Of a stretch of DNA of 64,000 nt, positions 26,510 through 39,122 are shown piece by piece. Every line of letters starts with the position of its first letter. Within the stretch, counting starts at the first letter, position 1. Source of the stretch: Bilabrum cf. latius (lineage: Eukaryota); assembly GCA_965178125.1 (NCBI GenBank), contig OZ237749.1, forward strand, positions 434,001 to 498,000, read 5' to 3'. Below the pieces are notes generated by a model that did no database searches, was not told the DNA's origin, and worked only from the letters and a program-made list of their open reading frames with translations. Both the position numbers and the translations under genes were made by a program.

Positions 26510-28251
26510 ATGCAATCCGCTGGTGACGTCGAGCTCTCTTCGCTTCCAGTCGGGCCCCCGACTGAGCACTGGTTAAATCTCATCACTAAAAAGATGGATA
26601 TAGGGCCGGATGCCGTGGAGGATCTCACGAATGCAGCGCGAAGGGACAGCATGAAAGGAGACGCGCAAGGACTCGGGAAAGATGCACCCGCCAATGGAAT
26701 GCCAGCAGGCCGTACCAGGGTTTTTGCGTGCGTAAATCTTCACGAGCTCCGCAGCATTGACCCGGCCAACGAGTCCTTTGAAGTACGGGCGCGCCTGTAC
26801 CTCTGCTGGCGGCCTCCCATCCTGCACATGAGCCCCCTCGACGACCGCCCTGCACTGGAGAGCGAGAGCGATGAGGAGCTGGACGATGGAGAGGTACAGT
26901 CGGCATCTGGAAGCAACGTTTCTCCAACCAAGGCGCCTACCGACATTTTGTCTGCCAACCCTGCAGCCGGCAGCGGGCAGGGAGAATTTTGCCGCGAGGG
27001 TTGCACGAGAACAGATCCCGGCGCAAGTCGGTGGCACGGTCGAGCCGTACGGGTCGCCGATTAACCATGCTTCAAAAAGTCCTGCGCTAGCACTCGGCTG
27101 GAACCTCCGTAGGATCAGACAGCCTCTCCCCCGAAGAGATCCTGCTAGAGATGCAGCGCATTGCCTGGCGGGCCCGAGAGCAGGGTAAGCGAGTGTGCCT
27201 GTCGGACGAGGAGGTGGAGCGATTCCTCAAGATCCTTCACGTTCCAAAACTCAGCTGGATGAACGCTGCAGATTAGGAGGAAACGGACTCGCTGCCATCC
27301 CTGCGGGTCTACTGGACCCATGGTGCCCCCATGGTCATGTACAACATGGGCTACAAGCTCACCATGAAGGAGCACTTCGAGCTGGAGAATTTTCCATTCG
27401 ACACCCAGGACCTTCAGCTGCACCTGGCGTAGAACGATTCATGTACATGGGACGACTTTGACCTGGCGGTTGTATCAGTACTGTTCTCTAAATCAAGTCT
27501 CGAGATGGCTGAGTGGCACCTGCACGAGCCGATCGTGCAGCGGGCTAGCGGCAGCAGCGCGCACAAGAGCACCACGATAAGGCTGCAAGCGCGGCGAGAG
27601 CCTGGTTTCTACCTGGCCAACATTGTGGGCATCATGCTTATGCTTTCCTTGCTGGGCTTGACGCTCTTCGCCCTGCCCCGCGACCAGTTTGGCGAGCGCA
27701 TCAATGTGGTGCTAACTCTCTTGCTCACGGCTGTCGCTTTCAAGTTTGCCATCGCCGATAGCATTCGAAAGGTGGGATACAACACCTTGCTTGACGATTT
27801 CATCCTGTTAAACATGTATTTTTTGTTCTGCACTGGGATTATCTGCCTCGCTGCGTACATACTGGAGGATGCTTTCGATGGTGCGGATGGGCTTGCCCTG
27901 CCCAGCGGAGGCGTCATGCTGGCTGCTCTCATGCCTCGAGACCTCCATGCCCCCGCTGCAGCGGACCAGAGCGTAGAGGGCAAGTCAAACGAACTGCAGC
28001 TCTCGACTCGGATCTTGCGGCACGTTGGCGGATACAGCGTCAACACGGCGGGGTTGGCTGTTTCTCTCCTCGTGTTTGCGGCAATCCTGCTCACTTGGTA
28101 CTCGAGGATGAGGCGGGCAGTCTCCAACGAGAAACGCACTCGCGCGATCAAAAAAAAAGAAGGCACCAATTGGTACAACTACATCTACGGTGCCGCCGAT
28201 GTGCTGCCGGTCCCCGAGCGCCACGGCAGTGCGAATCCAAAGCAGTTGTGA
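26510..28251 (+). CDS. Pentameric ligand-gated ion channel subunit, Cys-less (GLIC/ELIC-like Pro-loop) type
   Basis: LHELRSIDPANESFEVRARLYLCW, FELENFPFDTQDLQL, EWHL, ARREPGFYLANIV, GERINVVLTLLLTAVAFKF, VGYNTLLDDF and an M4 helix. A frame change near 26890-26990 needs an intron (e.g. 26894-26973) or a 1-nt indel. In-frame TAGs in the extracellular domain. Ends TGA 28251. Confidence 0.88.
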
Positions 28252-28881
28252 CAGACACGATTCTTGACCAAGGGCGGCCGAACGGCTCCTCAGTGACTAG
28301 CAAGGTGATATGGGAAGCTGCAGTGCTGGACAATCGTGTTAGCTCGCGATGAATCGAAGCTCCTGCTAGCACTGTGGCGCTGGGCCAGCGGCAGCTGAGC
28401 AGGGGGGCGGGGGGCAAAGTCGCCGCAAGCCATGTGGCCTCACCGCAAGGGGAAGAGCAAGTATCTGAAGATAGGATCTAGGTCTGAGAGTGGGTTCGTG
28501 ACGATATCAATCTTCCTGCGTACTGCACTACCGCACGCAAGCATCCATCCATCCATCCCGCGTACCACCATGCATTCCGTCGTGCCCCATCCAAGCCCAC
28601 CGACGCCCCAGCCAGCCCCATCACTCGCGGGCATCACCCGGTTGGCAGCAGTGTCCAATGGTATAGCAGCTCTCAATGCCAACAGTGTTCTGCTTGTATA
28701 GAGACCCAGCTTCGCTGGCCGTCTGCGACTCAGCACAGGTCAGTGATGACGGGCCCGGGCCTAAAAAAGGAACCTTCATGATGCCACTTGCTCCCGAGAT
28801 GTTCCGCCTCTCCGCCTTCGGCTCACAGCGAACAGTACGAGACATCAAATTCGCTAAACCTTTGCCAGCTCGCATATTATA

Positions 28882-31800
28882 ATGCCAGGATTTCGCCGGG
28901 GCCATTCTACAGCGAAGCGGGCTTGTGTGTCATGTCAGATTGCGAAGAGAGTGTGCAGGGACAAGAACGGCGGCTCAACACGCCCCTGCGCTAGATGTGA
29001 ACGATTGGGTATACCATGCGTTGATAAGGCAGATCGTCGAAGAAGGGAGAACCGCGGAGCGGAACCCGACCAAGGCATCTCAATGGTGTCCAACCCAACC
29101 GCACACTCCGTGTTGACGACAGCTGCGATGCGAAGTCGCTCAAAAGGTGCTATTGCAGCTGCTTTTGTGGCACGCCAATCACAACTTGGCATCAAGCGGC
29201 AACGGGATGGTAGTAGATCTACTCAGGTTTTCGGCCCCCCCCTTCCGCCTACAAGTCTTGGAAAGCCGCCTGAGCGGGCATTGCTGCGGATGCCTGGAAG
29301 CGGCGGTCTGGAAGCCCAAGGTGTTGCAGTTGATGCGGCACTTGTACAGCAGCGGGGCCTCGATGGTGCTTGTATGGCGGGGAGCGCTGCTGCTCCTGCG
29401 CGTGACAGCGCTGCATCCCAATTCCCAACCCATGGTCAGCCAAGAAGCGAATCATAGGCAGCACTAGGAAGCTACATGCTTCCATAGCCCGGAACAGGGC
29501 CGTATAGAAGCGACTGGACAGCAGACCGCTCGCCCAAGCAGACTCAGGTGATGGAGGCAAGCCCAAGCCCAGCCACCGCGGCGTCGGCAGGGCCGCAAAA
29601 ACATCAAAATAGTCTGGCAAAGTTTGCCAAACATGACCTCAGTGCTGGAACTGGTATATTTGCCGGCGCAAGCCCAGAAGCTCGATGTGGATGTGCTGTA
29701 AGTGTCAGCACTTCGCCCAAGCCAAGCCCGACCGGCAAGACGCAGCCGCTGGCTCACACCTCCACTTCTAGTATCGGGTCTGCGTCAATCAGCGGATCCA
29801 GTCGTGCAGACAAGTATCATTTTGCTAGCTAGGTATTGTCGTGTCCGCCTTATGGCGTGAGCGTGCAGGACAAGGATGTTGGGTCGTGGAGTGCGACGAC
29901 TGCGGCTGCCACATTTCCTCCCGACAGCCCTGCTGACCGTGCCAGTGGTGGCCCCTCACGCTCAACTGGGACTAGCCAATCAGAAGCAGCCGAATATTCA
30001 TTCGAATCCGAGCACGATTAGACCCACCCCTCGGGCAGCACTGTGCCTGTGGTGGTGGAAAGCGACTCATTCGGAGCCGCGAAGATCACGTACGCAGCAA
30101 GGCACTTGGAGCCAAGCATCAAGAGGTGGTTCGAACCACACGGCAGCGACTGGATCGTTGTCCCGCCTGCGGTGAAAAGAGCCTTATCTAGTAGAATCCT
30201 ACCCGATGGGAAGCCCGATCTCCCCTTGTCAGCTACAACTATGGCAGGCTGGCAACAGCTGAGATTCAGCGATGCCGTTGCCAGCGAGAGGATATCTAGG
30301 ATGAGCCGGCCTTGCTTTCGCATGACTTTCGATATATCCACACTCGGAGTCATGACAGGGCACATAAATGCCGGTGCAGCCAAACTGATCGGATTCAATG
30401 AGGACTTGCAGGTGATGGAGGGCGTGGGCATGCTTGCCCTTCCCACCAGCACGCCGGTTCAACTGCGTGGCAGCTCGGTGCTGATGCTCAGGGCACTACT
30501 ACTCAAGCAGCCAGCGGTCGAGTACGACATTCATATGCCCACTTTCTTCTACGATAGCGATACAGGCAGGAAAGAGTGCCGGGTAGCGGCTGGCTTGGTT
30601 CCTTTGATCCGAGCAGGCACAGAGGCTCAGGAGCTCCTCATTGCTGGAGCTGCGGCTGTGGCTGCAACCGGGGATAGTGCCGCAAGCGGTGCATCGCGGT
30701 CAGATGGTTCAAAGGTGGCGGCTGGCCTCTCTCCATCCCAGCAGTCTACTGCCATCGCTCTGATTCACCACTTCATCGCACAGAGGATGGTCACGAAGCA
30801 GCGCAAGCAGAGGGCTCGCAGCAGTTTTGAATGGGTTGGGAGCGTCCCGAGGTCGATCACGACTGAGATTCTCGACTCCGGCAGAGAGGTGCCCAGTGGC
30901 GAGGCCCTGGAGCAGCTGCCCACTAGGATAGGCTTTGCCTCCGTGCATGACCTCATTGCTGGGCTCAGGCAGCTGTTCGGCAAGGATGCAGTGCGGCAGC
31001 TCGCTTTGCACGCCACTCCCATCCCCGAGGCGCGAGAGGCGCTGCTGGCAGAGCACGCGTCGCCTGCTGCTGGAGTGTCGCTTGCCCTGCAGTACCAAAC
31101 TATCCTGGGGTCGATGCGGGGCATTGTGCGGGGCAATTCGCTGGACATGCTGCATGCCGGGCTTGCAGAGCAGCTGAAGCACCTGCTTGTCCAGCCGGGT
31201 GTCGATCCTCAGCCATACGGTGGGGGGAGCAAGCCAATGGTGCTATCGCCGGCATCACTTGCACTACTCTCGATGAGTGTCGACGCTGGCACTGGCCAGC
31301 CGGCGCTTCAGGACGCGGATGGCTCCATCGCTCGATCGGTAGCTTCCCTGGCGGATTCATTGCGATCGTGCGAACTCGACAGGCAAGGAGGGCTTGCAGG
31401 TGCGGGCAACGCCAGCTTGGTCTCCTCTCTGGATTTGCCGGATGACCGATCTGATGATGGGAGCGTGAGTCTGCTTGAGTCCTCAGCCATGGCAGGAGCT
31501 GATAGTCAATTCTAGCCGTCACAGTCGCCAAAAAGGTCCTCGTCATCGGGCCCGCCAGCAGGTCGGAGGGGAGGCGGAACTGGAAGTAGCTATGGTTGCA
31601 CTGGTTTTGCTGCTACTGTTCCCGATGCAACAGTCGGCGGCAAAGCTTCTGTAGCAGGTAGCGACGCAGAGCCTCCGTCCAAAAAAATGCGACATGACCC
31701 TTCGTTGCCGAACGATTCGGATGGTGCTGCAGCTGCAGTTGGTCCTATAGATTGGAGTCACGCAGCCCGTGGTCGTGGACCTCCCCCAGCTGCTCACGAT

Positions 31801-32307
31801 TGTGCCTCGAGTATCGGCGTGGATTCAATGTCATTCCACAGTGGTCTGACGACGAACGTTGATGCTAATTTGCAGGGACACGACAGTCCACGTAGCCAGC
31901 CACACGGAGGCAATACGCAAGATTCCCAATGTGCTGATGTTGCAGACACTAGGGCATAGCGAGAGGGTTGTGCTATGACCGAGAACGTAGGACTAGCACC
32001 AGGTACCATGGGGGCAGGTGAGTTGGAAGATGGTGCTGTGTAGGGACACCAGTCTTTCACTAGGTCAATGGGCGCGTAGAGCAGTTCGGTCGCATCATAG
32101 CAAGGATTACGACGAGCGGTTGCTGTGCGGCAGCCTGTGGATCGGTATGCGATGTTCCAGGAGATGCACGCCATGTGGTCCAGGCGATCGGCGCTGCGGG
32201 TGAGTGAGCTGCTGCAGTGGACCGTGGCGGCCAGGGACGTGCTTACCAGGCCGGAAAGCGCGCAGGCCACGAGGCTGGTGGCCGAGGTCTTGGAGGGGAT
32301 TGCGTGA
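28882..32307 (+). CDS. Zn(II)2Cys6 transcription factor, paralog B (~1141 aa)
   Basis: RACVSCQIAKRVC...RPCARCERLGIPCVD. Same-frame pieces 28882-29457, 29548-29832, 29836-30021, 30043-31515, 31687-31959, 32125-32307 are joined by TAG. Ends TGA. Motifs LPDGKPDLP, HINAGAAKLIGF, FEWVGSVPRSIT. Confidence 0.88.
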
Positions 32308-32551
32308 CCAAAACGGATCCACTCGGAATCAAATCTAAATCTCTACTTCATCCAAAGGCCATATATTATACACTAATAGAGCAAACTGTTCACGACAAGT
32401 CAAGGTGCGTGAGTCTCGGTCCGAGAGAAAGGCACGCATTGAATTGCAACCCCGCGAACCGGGTACCAAGGACTGACAAGGGGTTGCAATGTGCGCTGTT
32501 CTCTTGGACCGAGTATTGGAGAGCAAATCTCTTATTGAGCCGACAAACTGG

Positions 32552-35500
32552 TCACCACCGCTGCGATTTCTGCATAATTTTCCTTGTCAGCTCCTCGCCA
32601 AGCTTCGATCCGGGTCTCTGCAACCGCGTGATGAACTCATCCCTCCAAGACGCAATCTCAGAATAGAAGAAAAACTTCCGTGCTGTGAGGCCCTGATCAT
32701 GGGGCGCCAGCAAAGCCTGGATGTCAGGATCAAGACAATCGACTTGCGGTCCACGTCCAAAGCTCGGGGCTTGTGTAGCCCGCGAACCACCTTGCGCCCC
32801 GTGCTACGTGCTTGAATCCGCCTGCATCGGCTCTTGCACTGAGCTGCCTCCTGCCATCGGCGAAGGACTTCTTTCGATCCTGGCCCGCTTACTCGCTGGC
32901 TCGCCTGCATGATGTGCCTCGCTGCCGTTGCTCCCGAACGACTCGAACGACTCGCGACGACGTCGCCGCCCTACTCCTAGCTCAGCATCTGGTCTGCTTG
33001 CGTTCGACCCGCTAGCAACAACACCACCGGTATGACCCATTGCACTGCTACTCATCGCTGATGGGCGCTGCTTACCATGATTGGAGCTTGGGCCCAGCAG
33101 TCGAGTGCTACCATTGTAAGGCACCCCGAGGCAAGGGGCTTCCACGTACGTGGTGGCTGACCCGGCCGGACGATCAATCCTGTGCAGCTCCGCGGGGCTT
33201 AGCTTAGGAGGAACAGCTGGCTGCTCCAGAGACCCCGCACCTCCTTGAAGCTGGATGAAGCCACTACCGGAGTCGAGCTCGCCCGCAGCGGACCCGCCAC
33301 CTGCATTGGCTGACGCAGATGAGGACGACGACGAAGCTGAAGGGCGAAATCGGTTTCTTCCACTTGGGCTATCAACAGATGCGCTTCCTACCCTGGACCC
33401 AAGCCCCCCCACAGACCCACCAGTGGAGTAGCTTCTAGCAGTGGGACTCAGGCACGCACCATCCCCCAAGCCCTCTTCGTCCAGCACGCTCACCTGACCC
33501 ACGCTGTTGCCAACTCGCACAGAAGGGGGTCTGCGAGCAAGAGATCCTCCGCAATCGGAGAGAGCAATGGAGCCATTGTCAGCGCGACTAAGACGTGAAC
33601 CAGGCCTGTCGCGTTGCACACCAGGAGCCAGAAAACCCCGTCTCATGGCAGCCCCTGACAAGACCGATGCCGACAGGGACGAGGCAACACCAGCATGAAT
33701 GTAGCTGCCAATGCCATCCTCATCCCTCGGCCCAACCGAGTCAGGGTGCACAATTAACGGCACCCCGCCAAGGAAGCCGGCACCCACACCTGCGCCCCGT
33801 TTCAGTGCTGCACTGGCCGATGACATGACAGAACCACCGTCCGAAGCAAAATCTGCTGGTCCTTGTGGTGCGCCTTCGTCATCGTCCATTAGAGGCTGTT
33901 CTTGCGAAGATACTCGAACAAGCGCTCGTCTGCTGCTGGTATTCAGCCCAGTGCTATGTGGGTCATGTGAATGGCTCATGGCAGTGGTAAGTCCAGAGCC
34001 TGCGAATGACAATGAGTCATCATCGAGGACATTCTGGTCACCTGCGGTGCCATAGTTCTATTCGCGGTCTGCCTATCGTGCACTGTGCTGCGCACCACCT
34101 GTTGAGTCCACAGCGCGATGCCTCTGAAAGTCATTGTGTTCCTCAGGTACCTATTTTCTGGAAGCACCGCTAGACGTATCCGCTTCCTGAGGTCCATGCC
34201 TGGATACTGATTGCTTGCCGAATCTGGCCGCAGGTGCTCCCTTGGACTATCTCCTCAGCGCTTGCTTCGTCCTCATCTCAGCAAGCCGGTGTTCCAGGTC
34301 GGGCCTCACGTCATCAAGCTCCGGCACCTTGCTTGTGGGAAGCGTGGTCATAGTGACCGCCCGCGGGACCGAACCGAGCCACTCGATATCCACCCTGAGA
34401 TCACTGTTGATTGGCATGCAGACGATGCGCTCGGCAATGAACAGCGGCATGTCGTAGTTGGTAGAACTTGGATTCGCTTCCATGTTCACGTCGTCATCAC
34501 CGGTGCTGATACCATCGAAATCTCCCTGCTCGGAGGCACGGCCAGTCGCTGGCTCCCTCTCCTGGGATGTCTTCTCGTCATCACACGGGCTGCTACCCCG
34601 GCTCTTCTCTTCACCAGCACCACAAGACGGAATTTCAACATTAGTCTGCTGGACCAAGTGGGCCCGCATCACCCTAATCCTCCCGTTGGACGAGCTTGAG
34701 GTGCTCGATGCAGCACTATCGTCCACATACTCACTAGATGCAGCGGTACCATCGCTTTTGCGTACGCTTGCTTCCGACTCCTTTATGGCCCTGTCCTCTG
34801 CCAACCGCGGAGACATGCCTGCCTTGACTAGGCTCGTGTAGCGGATTACCTCGCTCCGGCATCGGTCATCAGGGAAAAAGAAGCGCAAAAATTGAGTCTT
34901 GATAGTCATCTACCTCCTCCTCTGCAACATTCCTGCCATGTTCTCCACAGATGTCAAGAAGACTTGCACCGGATTCATCACGGTCAGCTGCCACATGTGT
35001 TCCTGGGTTGCCTCCAACAGCTGCACATCAGGCGACAGCAAGTTAATGCCAGCTTTGTTGATGAAGGCTTGCTGTGGCTGCAGAGAGTTGGGATCCAGCG
35101 TGGTTCGCATGACGGCAATGGGAGACCGGGAGAGCTCCTGCAGCACGCGCGCCTCCTTCACGAACATGTCGTGGTAGAATCCGGGCCCCCTCGCTGCTAG
35201 TGGGAGTGACGGGCTGACTCCATCCGGCAAAAGCATGGAATTGACAGCTTGGTCGATAGCAGGCGGCACCAGAATGTTCACGTTGTAGTCTGGACCGAAC
35301 ATCGCAGCAAGGCTCGGGGCGACTGGCAGGCGTCCGCACGTGATCTGCACGCTGCCCATGCTGTCCTCCTGCATGACATACGGCGGACATGAAAGAGATG
35401 ACGGTAGCCGAGCAAAGGGCCCCATCCGCGACACGTCGATGGATATTCCAGAGGCAGATCGGCTGCTTCGGTTCCCATGCGACACGGCCAAAGAGTCTCT

Positions 35501-37354
35501 GCCAATGGCAGCGAGCACCCGCTGCAACTCGCTAGTTTGGCCCTTGGCAACCTCATCCTGGTCCTGTTTATCGCGCTTGCTGTCCCGGTTCTCTTCGCTG
35601 GGACTCTCCTGACTCTTCTCTAGAAGATCAAGCACATGCTGCGGCAATCTCGCGCCCCTGTGAGCATCTGCGTCTCCGCCCTGCTCCTGAGTGGGCCTGG
35701 CGGGTCCAAAGCGCGCAAGGGAGCCCGTTCCCGACTGCACAGAACTGGCTTTCCTTGAAGGAATCAGCGTTCCTGTGGCGCCCCAGGGGCGGGGCAATCC
35801 AACGTCGATCGATCGCTGCCTCGTGGATTGGGGTGGCCTGTTCGGGCTGCCCTGACCGCCTCGACCTGGCCCAAGCTACGAGCCCCGACCAGCCTGTTCG
35901 GTCGATTGCGCGCGCACCGATTTTTCGAAGCTGGGTATCCGCGACGATGACGCAGAAGACGCAGTACCGATCGGCTTGTCATGCTGCCTCTGGTCGAGCA
36001 CGCTGCCGCGCTATAATCCAGGCATGCTACCACCGTGCATTGCACCTGCTGCGGCCCACTGCAAGTTATTTTGGGTGCCGTGTGCAGAGCTGCTGCTGCT
36101 TGCCGAATGCCGTGCTGACGTGTTCGGTTGCCGCAGCATCCCGCCTTGAAGGACGGGCCAGCTTGACGAGCCTGCGGGGCCGTGGGAGTGCAGTGGATGA
36201 ATTCCAGTGCCAGTGCCAGTGGACCCTGCTGCCATGGTCAGGGGCAACATGTGCTGCGAGCTGGGTAGCCCAATCAATGGACGATGTCTCTGCACCGCTG
36301 TCGGCTAGATATAGCCAGGGGCGTGATGGTACCGAGGACCGGCCCGACCTGGGTCGTGGCGGTGATTGAAGCCTGTGTTTGCGCTGAGACCAGTCACTGC
36401 ATTGTATCGCATTCCAAAGCCAGAGCCTGCCCCGGCAATACTATACGGTCCATGGGAATACGCTGCTCCGTCAACCCTTCCTCCCCCGCTGCCTCCTGCC
36501 ATGTGCTTTGCTGCGGGTGACGAGCCACGGGACGAGCTTGCCAGCGGGTCGTGCATCGATGTCAGGCTGGCCAGCAAGACGGCAGCATCGTCCGGCGACC
36601 CAAACGCAGCTAGTTCTGGAGCGATGGTTGCAGAAGCTGGGCCGCCTATGCCGGGATGCTGGAACGGTGGGGCTGCATCACCGGCGCTGCGGGTCCCGGG
36701 AGGTTGGCGAGCTCGCCTGAAGCCGATTGCATTGCCTGATGAGACGGCCCCGGTCTGCCTCCCAACATCAACTTGGCGCTCCGCTTCCATTCTTGCCGTG
36801 CTATTCGAATTGGGATGAAAGGTTATATCCGCGGGTACAGAGCCTATTCGTGAATCCCGTGGTTCTGACACAAAGCGGTGAGATGGGATTCCGCTGGTTG
36901 CTCCCGTGGCCTTTTCAGTCACAACATCGGCAGCTTGGGCCAGGGCATCAACCCCTCTCGAAGCCACCATGTGATCGATACTACCGGTATCACCCCCAGT
37001 GGCCGCAAGACGAGCAGCAGCACTGGCAGCTTGACGTGCTCCAATCGATGAGAGGCCACGACCTCCGCGACTTTTTCCTGACTGTTGTGGTGGTGCTGCA
37101 AGCCCTGTAACTACTGCAGTTTTCGCCCTGCTTTCTTTACTTGCTCCAGCAGTTGCCTTTCTAAACTCTTTAGTTCGCTTGTCCAACACATCAACGCATG
37201 GAATGCCACGTTTAGCACATCGAGCGCACGGCCGAGCGCCGTCGCACGATCGTTTGTTCGTTCTGCACGCCAGGCAACTGGCCTTCTTCTTCGGTCTACT
37301 CGTGTCAATATCTATTGTTTGTCCACCGGCCAGGTGCTTTCGTTTCCCTCTCAT
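32552..37354 (-). CDS. Zn(II)2Cys6 transcription factor, paralog C (~1600 aa)
   Basis: ATG 37354, SCLACRTNKRSCDGARPCARCAKRGIPCVD. Same-frame pieces are joined by TAGs at 36305, 36011, 34910, 34247, 32804. C-terminus SEIASWRDEFITRLQRPGSKLGEELTRKIMQKSQRW-TGA 32552. Confidence 0.88.
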
Positions 37355-37664
37355 TTGGAGGAGCCTAGGTCGCGTGTTAAAGCCGAAATTTCTTCGTCGT
37401 ACCACGGGTTCGTTCGAGTTGATGAGGAACGTTCGGTTCTACGTTAGGCTGGAGAGCGACCATGAGTTGCTCCCTACCAGTCTGCATTCCTCGCAATACC
37501 AGTAGAATACCACGTTAGTTTTCTAGTTGGTGTTATTGTCCGCTTTGTCTCACAGGTTGTACCATTGACTCGTATGTGTCGTCTCAATCGACGATCTTGC
37601 GGTATGCGTTGCCACGGAAACCTCAGAAAATTATGTCCTTTACCGCCTACTATGCAGGTGAATC

Positions 37665-38846
37665 ATGTCAGCAATAATTGATATGCCATTAGGTGCTATA
37701 ATCGAATAGCGGAGGAAGGAAAGTGCGCAGACTGCGTCAAAGGGTTCAAAGGCTACGAGTGGTGCGGCCGGCCAGCAAGGTAAAGGGAAAGGCTCGAGCA
37801 AACCATCTGTGTAGCAGTCCGGCAAGTCTCCTCGAGGACGGTAGGGCGGCAGTGGGACACGCGGCGTCGGCAAAGCCCAACAGCAGAAGCAGCAGCATGG
37901 CAAAGCCGCTGGGTCTGGGAAGGGGAAGCATGCGACGCAAGGTAGAAGCAAGGGCGCCAAATCCGATGCAGCTAGGGCGGCAGGACATGACAAAAACAGC
38001 TCTCGAAAGCGACGCTCCATGGAAATGGTTGGTGCTAGGACCAAGAAGCAGCAAATCCGTGTCGAAGCCAACCGCAAAGACGGCAAGGGCCAGGGGAAGG
38101 GATAGGGCGGCAGCAGATCAGGACCAGGCAGGGCGTTCGGCGGCGGTGGAGGTGCATTGGCAGTGGTCACCACTGCCCGGGGACCTCACAAGGGTACCGC
38201 TGGAGGCGGCAGGGGATCGCAACCTGGCACGGGTGGTCGCAAAGGCGGCCCGGGCCAGCAGCAGCAGCATCCAAAATCAAAGGGCGGTAGTATGTCACAG
38301 CAGGGCGGCGGGAAGAAGCAGCAGCAGCAGCGATCGCATGGCTCTCAAGAAGCTCCTGGGTTCTTCTCCTCTGCGGCAACAGGAGGGCAGTTTCGGCTCC
38401 CTGAGGATAAGAACATCGTCATCACCCTGCAGAACAGCAGGGGCGGTGGACGGGGCAGGGGGAGGGGACAGGACCAGCCAAGACCGTCGGCGCCAGCACC
38501 AGCACCTGCGCCATCACCGGCACCAGCCCCAGCCCCAGCACCTGCACCTGCACCAGCCGCAGCACCAGGGCCCTCGCCTGCGCCTGTGCCTGCACCTGCG
38601 GCACAGAATGGGGCCGCCTTACCGCAGCGGCAGCAGCGGCGAAGAGAGCGGGGCAGGGGCTCAGCTCCTGCTGCTGATGGTGGCTCCACGGGCCGTGCAA
38701 GCAGCAGCGATGGCGCTACTGTTGCTGCTCAGGCCACGGGCGAGGGTTCGTTGCTGAAACCGGGCCAGCCGCGGCCTGGGGCAGTGGTTGCCGTCGGGGA
38801 TAGTGAGAGGAGGCTGCCCACTGGGGGCACTCTCCGCAGGCTGTGA
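37665..38846 (+). CDS. Basic Gly/Lys/Gln-rich disordered protein with N-terminal UAP56-binding-like motif (ALYREF/UIF-like, tentative)
   Basis: MSAIIDMPLGAIIE*RRK resembles the LDMSLDDII motif. Single frame with 4 TAGs joins ORF 38157-38846. RG-rich segment and (AP)n tract. Ends TGA. Confidence 0.55.
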
Positions 38847-39122
38847 CGAGCCCGGGCGATTCGACTGATCCGAAGTGTGGCCCCTGGAACGAATCCCGGT
38901 GCTAATTCGGATCGAGGATCGGGCTTCGCAGGGAAGGAGACCAGGGGGTGTCTGGGGAGAACGTCGCGTCCAGTTGTTTGCGCGCACCCAAAGACTCGAC
39001 ACCCATCGGATGTGCCCGGTGGTTTGTTTGCAACAAAACGAATTCAAGGTGGAAAAGTTCAACTTTCTGTATTCACAGGCATGTACAGCCCTAGCCAATC
39101 CGGATTCCGGATGCGGCTGCTG

